This document shows, one piece after another, positions 1 to 11,301 of a stretch of 64,000 nucleotides of DNA. The DNA comes from Macrostomum hystrix. Its lineage: Eukaryota; Animalia; Platyhelminthes. Where the stretch lies: positions 5,518,001 to 5,582,000 of the forward strand of contig CATNEN010000011.1 of NCBI GenBank assembly GCA_950097015.1, given 5' to 3'. The translations under genes and the position numbers were made by a program. The notes beneath the pieces were generated by a model. The model ran no database searches. It had not been told where the DNA came from and saw only the letters and a program-made list of their open reading frames with translations. The first letter of the stretch is position 1. The number at the start of each line of letters is the position of its first letter.

Positions 1-890
1 AGTACATAAGAGACAGCTTAGACAGAGCATATTTTGAGACGGTAGATAGACGATATTGTAGAGTAGATAAGAGACAGTAAACTAGAGTAGATATGATATT
101 GTTGACTTAAATAGATCAGAGACAGTAGACAGAGTAGATAAGATATGGTAGACAGAGTAGATAAGATATGGTAGACAGAGTAGATAATATATGGTAGACA
201 GAGTAGATAAGATATGGTAGACAGAGTAGATAAGATATGGTAGACAGAGTAGATAAGATATAGTAGACAGAGTAGATAAGATATGGTAGACAGAGTAGAT
301 AAGATATGGTAGACAGAGTAGATAAGATATGGTAGACAGAGTAGATAAGAGACTGTAGATAGAGTAGATAAAAGACGGTAGACAGAGTAGATAAGATATG
401 GTAGACAGAGTAGATAATATATGGTAGACAGAGTTGATAAGAGACTGTAGACAGAGTAGATAAGATATGGTAGACAGAGTAGATAAGATATGGTAGACAG
501 AGTAGATAAGAGACTGTAGACAGAGTAGATAAGATATGGTAGACAGAGTAGATAAGATATGGTAGACAGAGTAGATAAGAGACTGTAGACAGAGTAGATA
601 AGATATGGTAGACAGAGTAGATAAGAGACTGTAGACAGAGTAGATAAGATATGGTAGACAGAGTAGATAAGAGACTGTAGACAGAGTAGATAAGATATGG
701 TAGACAGAGTAGATAAGAGACGGTAGACAGAGTAGATAAGATATGGTAGACAGAGTAGATAAGATATGGTAGACAGAGTAGATAAGAGACGGTAGACAGA
801 GTAGATAAGATATGGTAGACAGAGTAGATAAGATATGGTAGACAGAGTAGATAAGATATGGTAGACAGGGTAGATTTGAGACGGTAGATA
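1..890. repeat. 23-bp minisatellite (GTAGACAGAGTAGATAAGATATG)n
   Basis: Direct tandem copies with a GAGACTG variant; probably continues beyond the window start. ORF 18..950 is a read-through of it. Confidence 0.95.
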
Positions 891-1421
891 AAGTAGGCGA
901 TTCACAAAAGCACTTCTTACAAACTGATGTCTAAGTAAATTTGCCAACATATCGTTGCAAATTCAGACTCGCATGCGATGAGTTTCTGAGCTTTAGATGC
1001 TTTGAGTTTAGACAGAAAAATCTCTTACCTAGAAAGAACAAAGCCAATTAGAAAATCCATCACTGAACAGCCTTTTACCTCAGCCGTGCTTCTAATTTTA
1101 ACCATTACGCAGCAAGTGTCGCATCATGCAACTGACTAGGTACAAACAGTGTACAGCTGCAAGCATTGTACAGCAGCTGAAACCTAGCAATATTGCTATT
1201 TGTGCAGCAGAAGATCTGGATATGTAATTTAGTTTCTTAAAAACGACTTTCTTTCTAGCAAAAATTTTATAGAAGTAACTCAGTTGCGTCCCCAATACAA
1301 TCCAAATATTGTAGCTTTTAGTTTAAAGTTTATTTGTGTCGATCATTCATTTCATTTAGATAGACTTGCTCATATAGTTGATCATACAGTTAATCATAAA
1401 GTAATCATTTGGTAGTTCATA

Positions 1422-2848
1422 GTAGCTAAACAGTAGTATCTAAATGATGCTGAACTGTAGTATCTGAAGGATGCTAAACAGTAGTATCTGATGGAAGCTA
1501 AACAGTAGTATCTGAAGGATGCTAAACAGTAGTATCTCTAGGAGGCTTAACAGTAGTATCTGAAGGAGGCTAAACAGTAGTATCTGAAGGATGCTAAACA
1601 GTAGTATCTGATGGAAGCTAAACAGTAGTATCTGATGGAAGCTAAACAGTAGTATCTGATGGTAGCTAAACAGTAGTATCTGAAGGATGCTAAACAGTAG
1701 TATCTGATGGAAGCTAAACAGTAGTATCTGATGGAAGCTAAACAGTAGTATCTGATGGAAGCTAAACAGTAGTATCTGATGGAAGCTAAACAGTAGCATC
1801 TGAAGGATGCTAAACAGTAGCATCTGAAGGATGCTAAACAGTAGTATCTGAAGGATGCTAAACAGTAGTATCTGAAGGATGCTAAACAGTAGTATCTGAA
1901 GGATGCTAAACAGTAGCATCTGAAGGATGCTAAACAGTAGTATCTGATGGAAGCTAAACAGTAGTATCTGATGGAAGCTAAACAGTAGTATCTGAAGGAT
2001 GCTAAACAGTAGTATCTGATGGAAGCTAAACAGTAGTATCTGAAGGATGCTAAACAGTAGTATCTCTAGGAGGCTTAACAGTAGTATCTGAAGGAGGCTA
2101 AACAGTAGTATCTCTAGGAGGCTTAACAGTAGTATCTGAAGGAAGCTAAACAGTAGTATCTGATGGAAACTAAACAGTAGTATCTGATGGAAGCTAAACA
2201 GTAGTATCTGATGGAAGCTAAACAGTAGTATCTGATGGAAGCTAAACAGTAGTATCTGATGGAAGCTAAACAGTAGTATCTGATGGAAGCTAAACAGTAG
2301 TATCTGAAGGATGCTAAACAGTAGTATCTGATGGAAGCTAAACAGTAGTATCTGATGGAAGCTAAACAGTAGTATCTGATGGAAGCTAAACAGTAGTATC
2401 TGATGGAAGCTAAACAGTAGTATCTGATGGAAGCTAAACAGTAGTATCTGATGGAAGCTAAACAGTAGTATCTGATGGAAGCTAAACAGTAGTATCTGAT
2501 GGAAGCTAAACAGTAGTATCTGATGGAAGCTAAACAGTGTCTCAAGAATGCTAAACAGTGTCTCAAGAATGCTAAACAGTGTCTCAAGAATGCTAAACAA
2601 GATTGCATCAGCTATATACTAAATTGCATCAGCTATACACTAAATTGCATCAGCTATATACTAAATTGCATCAGCTATATACTAAATTGCATCAGCTATA
2701 TACTAAATTGCATCAGCTATATACTAAATTGCATCAGCTATATACTAAATTGCATCAGCTATATACTAAATTGCATCAGCTATATACTAAATTGCATCAG
2801 CTATATACTAAATTGCATCAGCTATATACTAAATTGCATCAGCTATAT
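1422..2848. repeat. Three abutting minisatellites: 24-bp (AAACAGTAGTATCTGATGGAAGCT)n to ~2538, about three 21-bp copies (AAACAGTGTCTCAAGAATGCT), then 21-bp (CTAAATTGCATCAGCTATATA)n
   Basis: Visible tandem units; they explain ORFs 1440..2600, 2123..2608, 2523..2954 and 2603..2962. Confidence 0.95.
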
Positions 2849-3050
2849 CCAAAGTATTGCAAAGCACAAACAGTGCTTTGTCCTCAAAGTGTTAGCTTCT
2901 CAAAGTTCAGAACAGTACATGTTAGATACTTTACGCATTCACATTACCCCATAAAGACGTAATTAAGAGAAATCACAGTTGCTACTGTTCTTAACAATCC
3001 GTTGACTTCGCACTGGCCCGATCGTCCATTAAACTCGACCGAGTTCTCAC

Positions 3051-3439
3051 AACTCGGGGTTGAACGGTGGCTCAGGTGGATCAGGATTTCTTACTGGCTG
3101 ATTGACCGTTCTTGTTTCGCTACTTGGCTGTGCTGTTATTTCCACTGACGGAGACACATTAGGTGAGGGTTCAAACACTGCAGCACCAGAACCTGCAGCA
3201 ACTGCAGCACTAAAACCTGCAACAACTGCAGCATCGAACGGTACAAACGGATCGCTGCGTTTAACAGCTGCAGCTAGTACGGCTAAACTGTCAGTACTGG
3301 GGTCCGCACGCGACACAGGTGTTGGATCTCCTATTCCATGAGTCGGGTCGGATCGCTGACGCAACTCTTGCGGCTGGGTCAGCAGCGGCAGAGTTACCAA
3401 CAGAACCAATGGCAAAGGGCCGAATGCTAGACGAAACAT
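3051..3439 (-). CDS. Probable first coding exon of a secreted or membrane protein (signal peptide plus A/S/P-rich region)
   Basis: ATG, hydrophobic N-terminus (FRLAFGPLPLVLLVTLPLLT); the ORF ends at a GTGAG donor (GAGTT|GTGAG). Downstream exons not resolved. Confidence 0.45.
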
Positions 3440-4286
3440 TTTTTTAGAATTAGAACTGAAATTTTCCTTGAATCTAGGTTGATAATTTTTTTTTGCCCCC
3501 GGCCTTTGCCATCAATTACACTTTATAAGGACAAAAAGTAACGACAATATGATGAAACCTTTTTACCAATCTATTTAGAATGTTCCTTGTAACATGCCAC
3601 GTTTGCGTCGCCTCTAAAGTCCATAAATCCTGTGCAAGAAAAGCAGTAAAGCAAATTTACAATGACGTACAGTGGCTAGTACAGCCAACCAAACACAGCC
3701 AGTACTGCAATTGGGGTTCACTATAACGTACAGCTAGACATTAAAACGCAAGACTCTGCGAGTCCAGGATAGAACAACGCGCTGAACAACACAAAATAAT
3801 CTTTTTTCTTTCTTCTCTTTCTTCAATCTCGCTACCTTAATTCACATAAGCAAGCTGCATGCAGCTTTTGAAAGCCTTTTCAGTTGTCGCCAATTGCTAC
3901 TGTAAAATTTATGCCGCCGAGATAAACAAGTTGAAACTTATTTGTACTTTTTCGTTCGAACTAATAATTCTTACTAGTTACAGCACTAGCTAGTTCTGGA
4001 TGCTACAGCCACACTGACAGGCAATTTTCTAAGAATCTTCATTTCTAGCACCTGTAGAAAATCGCCAATTATCCTTTGTGAGAAATCTCTACTCGACAAC
4101 CAAAGCGACACAACTGAAAACAAAAATATGCTTTTAGTGCTCGCAGATTGTTCCTAAAATGGGTTCTTAGCTCGACAGTGCACTTTTTGCAAGCAGTTTT
4201 ACATCAGATAAAACTGAAAGTCGTTGTACCTGCCTGGCATTCCTTACTTAATTAAAAACTTTCAGAAGCCAAAGTGTCACGGGACC

Positions 4287-7200
4287 ATGTCCGTGTTGAA
4301 AGGAGGAGCGGTGACCGTGATTCTGTACTGCTTGACAGCAGGTCAAGGTGAGTGTTCGTACCCGAATTCTCTGTTGCATCGAGTTGCCGAGCCGCCTGAC
4401 CTCAGTTGAAACCCCGATGTCCAGTCGTGGACTAGAAGACAAACGCGGTCGGCAGGTTCGTGGCGATGTCCCAGCCAGTCCTTCTGCTGAGCAACGCGTC
4501 TATCAGCGAGCAGCTGAATGTGACAGGCGCACAGTCGAGCAGAACGTGCCTGGTGGAGTGCCAGTTCAGAGGCTGCGCTGCCGTTTCACATGTTCCCAGC
4601 CCCGGCCTCTGCCAGCTGCTTGTTGTCCGCGACGCCTCAATCGGGCAGGGGCCGGCTGGCACTCACGCGGAGCGGCTGCTCAGCTTCCAGGTCGGCGCCA
4701 AGCTGTGGACTCTTGAGAACTTTCAAAGCCTGCTCAAGCTGAGGATGCTCAACATCATCATGGAGATTAGAAGTGAGCAGCTCTGATTGCTTCTGCCTCT
4801 GATTGCTTCGTTCTTCATTTTGATTTTCTATTCCTGAAATAGCTGCGGGTTTTGCAATCCGATGATCTGTCCTCGTGAAGGAAAGGAGTGTGGGGATGGC
4901 GATAGAGTCAGAAGTCGTACCGCAAAGTCTCGCGAGTTGCCGCGGAAAGAGGGATGAAGGGAGAGATGAAGGGAGAGACAGTGGATGCAGGGAGTGGTCC
5001 TCTCGGCCTCAGGCTGGCCAGTCCCACTCAACCCATAGGCCACAGGCATGACCGCCGTGCCTACCCCAAGCAGTGCTCGAAACCGGCTAAAAGTCTAAAT
5101 AGATGTCGGACTACCCGCAGACGGATAGGACAGGGCTATGCAGCCTACTGTCATCAGTAGCATGTTCGTAACTGACTCCTAAACTTGGTAGCAGTGGTCG
5201 ACTCGGCCTAGGCTCTTGTCTTAGAAATGCGGAAAGGCTATCGGCAAAGCGGAAAATGATCTAGGGTAGCGCCACCACCCAATGCGCCTACGTGGCCACC
5301 GCAGACATTTGGGAACTTGGGTCCCCGGAGCTCGCGGCTCCTAGTTTGTCACACAGATCTTAGACAAGCCGAAAAAATAGAGCCTTCTGTAACTTCCGTT
5401 TTAGACTAGGGTGAAGACCCCAGAATGGATCGAGACACGCCTCACCAGGGGATTCCTGAATTTGCGCTACAGTGGTCTAGAAAGGTGGTACTCCGAACCC
5501 GAAAGAGAAATCCATAGCCAGAATCCCACTCATGGGACATCAGACACATTCGGTACATTAGACTGCAGCCTACACATTAGATAACTAGCAAATCCGGTCT
5601 GTGTGAGTTGAGGAAAACAGAGGCAGGAGAGGTTAAGCTGAACACTGGCTGAGTGATTATGCGAGCGTAAGATTAAAAGATCATCACCCCCCACTTCCCT
5701 GGCGGTGGAAGCGAGAGGGGGAACGGAAGGGAAGCTCAATTGGCAGGGGAGCTTGACACGCATTCCCAGTTCCGCCAGGAAACGAGGAAAACCCGCCAGG
5801 GAATTCCCCACCCCTGGGCAGAAAGACAACACGTGCTACACTCCGCATTTTACTTGCAAATCCCTAGCTCCCTATTGCTCTCATACGCGCTTACAATTGC
5901 CTTCCTGCCGCAGCTTTCAGCTCGGCTGTGCCAGAGCCCATTCCCCTAATAGATTAGCCACTCATGGTAGAGGGCTGTCTAAGGTTAAAATAAAGGTGAA
6001 AAGGAGACATAGTAAAAGAAATTAAATTGTTATAAAGTTAAGCCCGATAAGTTAAAAGTGCTTAGATTGGATAGTTTATTAGGCGAAACAATCCCTAGCT
6101 TCCCTCCCACTAAATGCCGCCTAACTAATAGAAAACCCCTTAGGAGCAATAATTGCAAACCGCTGCGCGGATTACTTATCTGGAGTCGCTTCGGCCGCGT
6201 GCTGCAATCCCGTTGTTCTCGGGGAAGAGGATGGGGTAAGATAGCAAAAGCCGGGAAGGGAAAGATGCTGCGAGTCGGCAAGGGGGCCAACACGCTTGGA
6301 GCTCAAGGCTCAATTTAGCAGCTCACCTAAAGAGGTGGCTCGCGCTCAGGGGGCATGGGGACAGGCAATGGGCCTGCGCTAGCTGTGGAGCTATGAGCTC
6401 TAGGGTCTATGCCCTAAATGGGTCTGGGGGATAAGTCCTGGGTCCGGTGGGAGTCCGGCCCGGCAAAAGTAAGTCCGGCAGGGGAGAAGGGGAAGAGCCG
6501 GTGGGAGAAAAGAGGTCCTAGAGGGAGCAGCGCAGCGCACTTACTTAAATAGTCCTGCAGCACGCCAACCCCGACATCCATCAAAGCAAACCACATTCGC
6601 GCCAGCCTGTCAACGAGGAATTGAAGCGGCGATTGCCGCCCCAATTGCCCAATGAACCGGCGGCGAGAAACGACAGATGTTCTGCTCGAACAGCCGTCGG
6701 CAGTCAGCCAGCGATTGTTACTCCGCCGGGACAATGGGAAGCGCAGGCGCCGACCTGCCTACAGTGACATTTACATGTATCTAAAGGAGGGAGGTCATAA
6801 AGTCGAGCTGAGCTCGAATACTGTAAAGAAGTGGGGACATGAAGAATTAATGATCACTCATAACGCCCGAGTGATCCCCTATATCTGATCGCGGTTTGGA
6901 GGAGAATTATGACCTAAACTACTCATACAATAGAAGCTATGGCCGCGATCAGTCATTCCTACAGGGGTCTAGACAGATCCAGGGAGAAGGGATTCGACGG
7001 CTACTTAATTCACCGCCGCCCAAAACCCGGCCCTAAGATTAATGATCGTGTTTGCGGCCAGCTGCTACGTGGGTCGCAATTATTAGGCACTTAAAAATTT
7101 GAAAAATTATGCTGGCTCACACTCCCACTCGATTCCCGCAGCACACTCCACATCATTCCATGAAATTCCAGACAGCAGCTCGGGCCGCAACGGCTCGGTC

Positions 7201-7564
7201 CAGTTCGTAACGATCCCATCAGCCGGCTGCTACTCAATCGAGGTGTCAGGCGCCAGTGGCGGCAGCAATTCGTTCTCCGGCAAGGCTGGCGGCAGAGGCG
7301 CCTTCGTGTCGGGCCGATTCGTCGACGGCGAGACGAGACGACGGCGACGGTGGAGGCTGCCGAGCCGAAGGTTGGGCTGGTGGACTCGCCGGTGGAGACA
7401 ACACCGGCGTCGGTGGCTTCGGCGGCGGCGGCGGAGGCGGCCTGGAAATGACCGGAGTCTGGGCCGCCTCTGACGCCGGCGGCGACTTCAGCGGTGGCAA
7501 CTCTCGTGAGCAAGGCTTTGTGACCATTCGACTTGTCAGCCCGTTCTTGGATCATTGCGAGTAA
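4287..7564 (+). pseudogene. Disrupted gene for a secreted protein with a PAN/apple-like Cys module and an ALK/LTK-type glycine-rich domain; exons 4287-4347, 4406-4772, 7172-7564
   Basis: Signal-peptide exon MSVLKGGAVTVILYCLTAGQG|GTGAG. CLVECQFRGCAAVSHVPSPGLCQL is PAN-like. GSVQFVTIPSAGCYSIEVSGASGG..GGRGAFVSGRF and GGFGGGGGGG..FSGG..GFVTI match the start and end of the ALK/LTK Gly-rich domain. Splice phases are compatible. Frame changes near 4435 and 7330; most of the Gly-rich core is missing. Confidence 0.65.
4835..7155 (+). mobile_element. Solo LTR (~2.32 kb), copy 1, probably of a Gypsy-type LTR retrotransposon
   Basis: Begins TGAAATAG, ends CCACATCA; TTCC on both sides (4831-4834, 7156-7159). 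Homologous to 59523-61893 and the reverse complement of 62059-64000. TATA-like CTTAAATAG near 6546. No credible ORF. Confidence 0.8.
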
Positions 7565-7671
7565 CGGCATCAATGCGAGACATTGTTTCGTGTTATTTAC
7601 GGAAGTATGAAACGCAAACAGCTTCTTTTCTGGGTCTTTAGAGTTTTAACAATGTCTGTTACCCTTTGTCA

Positions 7672-8142
7672 GTGTCCTAGATCATTGACGTCAGTGTCCT
7701 AGATCATTGACGTCAGTGTCCTAGATCATTGACTTCAGTGTCCTAGATGATTGACGTCAGTGTCCTAGATCATTGACGTCAGTTTCCTAGATCATTGACG
7801 TCAGTTTCCTAGATCATTGATGTCAGTGTCCTAGATCATTGACGTCAGTGTCCTAGATCATTGACTTCAGTGTCCTAGATCATTGACGTCAGTGTCCTAG
7901 ATCATTGACGTCAGTGTCCTAGATCATTGACGTCAGTGTCCTAGATCATTGACGTCAGTTTCCTAGATCATTGACGTCAGTTTCCTAGATCATTGATGTC
8001 AGTGTCCTAGATCATTGACGTCAGTGTCCTAGATTATTGACGTCAGTGTCCTAGATCATTGACGTCAGTGTCCTAGATCATTGACGTCAGTGTCCTAGAT
8101 CATTGACGTCAGTGTCCTAGATCATTGACGTCAGTGTCCTAG
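7672..8142. repeat. 22-bp minisatellite (GTCAGTGTCCTAGATCATTGAC)n, about 21 copies
   Basis: Direct tandem units; unit junctions create TGACGTCA. Confidence 0.95.
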
Positions 8143-8533
8143 TCTCTTTGTCTGTGATTCAAACCACCAATAAGGTTAGGTTAGTTCACCGAAAGTACAA
8201 GTGCTAACAACCGTAATGATAATAGTTGTACTGCAAAGAGATTTATAATTTTGAACCAAAATTTCTCCAGTTCAGTTCATTTGTGATTTCAGAATCTCAA
8301 ATTATATTTTGCTGCTATGGAACTATCAAAATCAATAAACTAATCAATAAAATATTAATATCACTATAACGCTAAATGCAGTACAGCATTTGCTAATCTA
8401 TGGCTACCCTGTAAAAATTTAACCTATTCCATATTTCGATGTCCCCATCGCAAGAGGAAAATCTCCGAGTAGTTGCCAGGCAAGATACTATTGGGTTGCA
8501 ACTCAGACGGAGGAGTTCAAGTCACGTGATCAG

Positions 8534-9328
8534 TTAATCTGACGGCTGCTGCTGCTGCTGCCTTCGTCTGGGCGGTGGTCCCTCCCTCTGCTTAGCCGTG
8601 AAAGCGTCCCGACTGGTTGTTGTTGAAACCATGGCAACCGGAGCGCCGCCGACGTCGTATGCGCCTCCACCGGCCAGCGAAGCGGTCGCCGTCAGCTCGC
8701 CGACTCGGCGCACAGCGGCTTGGCGACTCTGCGGCTGCCCGCTGGTGCTGACTGCGAAGTCCTGGCGCGACACCGAGCTGCCTGTGAACGGCCCAGTGAG
8801 CAGCTGCGGCAGGGACGGAGTGGGAGGAATCTTAATCGAGCAACGTCTAAAAATATACCGATACTTCCTATGAGAAACTCGCCAACCAAGGCACAGAGTG
8901 AGATTGTACACTGGCTGCAGACGATCAGAAAGACAGGGCAGATGTAAGACGAAGCTGCGAAAACTATCGTTTGGTTGATTCATAGATTCCAGCTAATTTC
9001 TAGGGTCAGAGTGAGCATACTATATAGTATGTGTTTCACCTGCAGCTCTCCAGTCGGTCTGATCGGCTGTCTCCTCCCCGATCCGATCACGTCACCATTC
9101 GTCGCGACTGTAGACGATGCTGCCGCCTCCTTGTTCGCCAATGTCGTCGTTTTCGCCGTGTTCGTCGGAACCTCATTGCCCAGGCTGATCAGCTGATCGG
9201 CAGGTCGCACCGGTCGGAGGCGCTGCGGCGGCGCCCCGGCATTGTAGTCTCCCTGGTAGCTGGATCGAGCCGGGGCGCCCTGGTCCTGCTCTTGATGATG
9301 CAGAAGCTGCTGTCTGTGCGGCTGCATT
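8534..9328 (-). CDS. Probable last two exons (about 9328-9040 and 8914-8534) of an unidentified gene; further fragments possibly at 9.8-10.7 kb
   Basis: GC-rich open frames joined in phase 0 by CAG|GTGAAA and CTGCAG|CCA; Q/R/A-rich product; no recognisable domain. Confidence 0.35.
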
Positions 9329-10731
9329 CTGGTGATTGGCCTCTTAGTGATGCTTCTGCAACCGTCGGCCCTCTAAATTCCAGAGTCTATGCGTCAGGTT
9401 ATTCCTATTGTAGTTCAATTTATCTGAATTATTCAGTCTCTATTGTCCTATCCAGAGCACTGCTCAGTGACCAGATAGTCTAATGACACACCGAGACTGA
9501 GCGTCCCAATGTGCAGTTGAATTTAGACTGCGTTCCCAGTTGTTATGGCAACGCGAGGGTAAGGGTTAGAGCGAGGCATGGAGAGGAAAGCTAGGGAAGG
9601 CAGGACAGAGTTTTGGGGGGTGTTTCTATACTCAGTTTGTGCGGAATGCTTTTTGGGTCTATTCTCTGTTCAGCTTTCTCCGAGGTCACAATATCCCAAA
9701 TCCCAGATATTCAGTTGGAATCGCCACTTTGGCATCGTCTGGCACCTCATGCAAAATTGATTTTTATAATGCCTGGCCTTTTTAAGGAATGACTGTCACA
9801 GATGTAGCTTGTCTGCTTTATTCATTTGCAGTAAATTTTTGGGTGGCTTGATATCACAGCTTCCCTCCCATCATCAGTCCCGATGGTGTCCGAAGGCCTC
9901 TCTTAATCAGGGTGTTCCTGAAATGCAGAAGTGCTTGCTTCACATTTGTTCACGAAACCCTTGACAGTAGAAACAACATGCTATTTTTCCCCTGAAATTG
10001 GGATCAAACTTTCAAAGTTTGACGTCAGCATCGTCAGGATGTTCAGCGATTCTTAAGGTATAACCCTGGGGACAAGGACAAAACTAACATTGCTCTGTGT
10101 AAGCCTCTATGGCGAATCCGTATTGTTTCAGTAATCTGAGTCCATCTGTCGTAGGGACCTTTGTTGTCAGCATCCCAGGCACCAGGGTCCCCTTCATCGC
10201 CGCCTGGAGCATCGAGTCGTCATCGGAACCTTAAAAACGGAAGCAGTCGTCTTTGAGATTCCATTCGACATATCACAGTCCACGTCTACTCAACTACAGA
10301 GTACTTCTCTCCCACACTGCACCGAACCAAGTACACAGTTAATTTATTTGAGTACTCTTAACCGAATGCAGAAACCTAGCTATCGTGAGAAGTTGGAGTC
10401 AGATTTGGGTGCTCAACTGTACTCAGAGCTACTCAGAGCCGGACCTCTCTGTTCCAGCCGCAGAGAATTGAGCAGAATGCATTTTGAATGCGCACTGCGA
10501 ATAAACAAAAACTGATTTCCCTTTCACTGGTTCTCGCCGACACACGGCGGTGCAGAGCAGCTCAAGGATTTCATTCTGTACTCTAATATTGACCAGACTC
10601 AGGCTTCCCACTGTTGCTATGGGACCAGTGAGTTTAACTGACACACCTGGCTGACACCTGACAGTCATAGGAGGCTCCTGATCAGGTCGGCGCCAGCATC
10701 TGCTGGTTGCTGACTGTTTCAACAAGCGACT

Positions 10732-11038
10732 CGAAGGAGGGAGACGGGAAGGAGGGAGACGGGAAGGAGGGAGACGGGAAGGAGGGAGACGGGAAGGAGG
10801 GAGACGGGAAGGAGGGAGACGGGAAGGTGGGAGACGGGAAGCAGGGAGACGGGAAGGATGGAGACGGGAAGGATGGAGACGGGAAGGAGGGAGACGGGAA
10901 GGAGGGAGACGGGAAGGAGGGAGACGGGAAGGAGGGAGACGGGAAGGAGGGAGACGGGAAGGATGGAGACGGGAAGGAGGGAGACGGGAAGGAGGGAGAC
11001 GGGAAGGAGGGAGACGGGAAGGAGGGAGACGGGAAGGC
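10732..11038. repeat. 15-bp polypurine minisatellite (GGAGACGGGAAGGAG)n, copy A
   Basis: Direct tandem units; source of the EGDGK, PSFPS and ETGRR ORFs. Confidence 0.95.
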
Positions 11039-11301
11039 ATGAAAGACATGTTTCAAAGCTTTTTGTCCGTCTGGTAAATAGTAAATAGTGAGCAACTTTT
11101 CCACGCAATGTCAAAGCGTGACACCGCTAACTCAATCTTAGGTGACACCGCAATACATAATTTGAACTAACTGTTGTCATGCTTTGCTGGAATTCATTAA
11201 TTCTTTACTTATTTCTTATTACGCATGGTAGCAACGTCGCAAAAAAACAAACTTCCTGTGCAGTATGTGTTAGCAGTGTGCACAACAGGAAAGTGTGTCT
11301 G

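Noticed and set aside
18-2962. Long ORFs with periodic peptides (YLLCLPY, FSFHQILL, SIRYYCLA, HQLYTKL)
   Set aside because: Stop-free read-throughs of minisatellites, in several frames and on both strands.
4954-6888. Short ORFs inside the LTR copies (also 59.5-63.6 kb)
   Set aside because: Not preserved in frame between copies; no gag, pol or env motifs.
9780-10680. Possible additional exons of the minus-strand gene
   Set aside because: Several candidate splice sites, but I could not assemble a consistent stop-free frame or recognise a domain.
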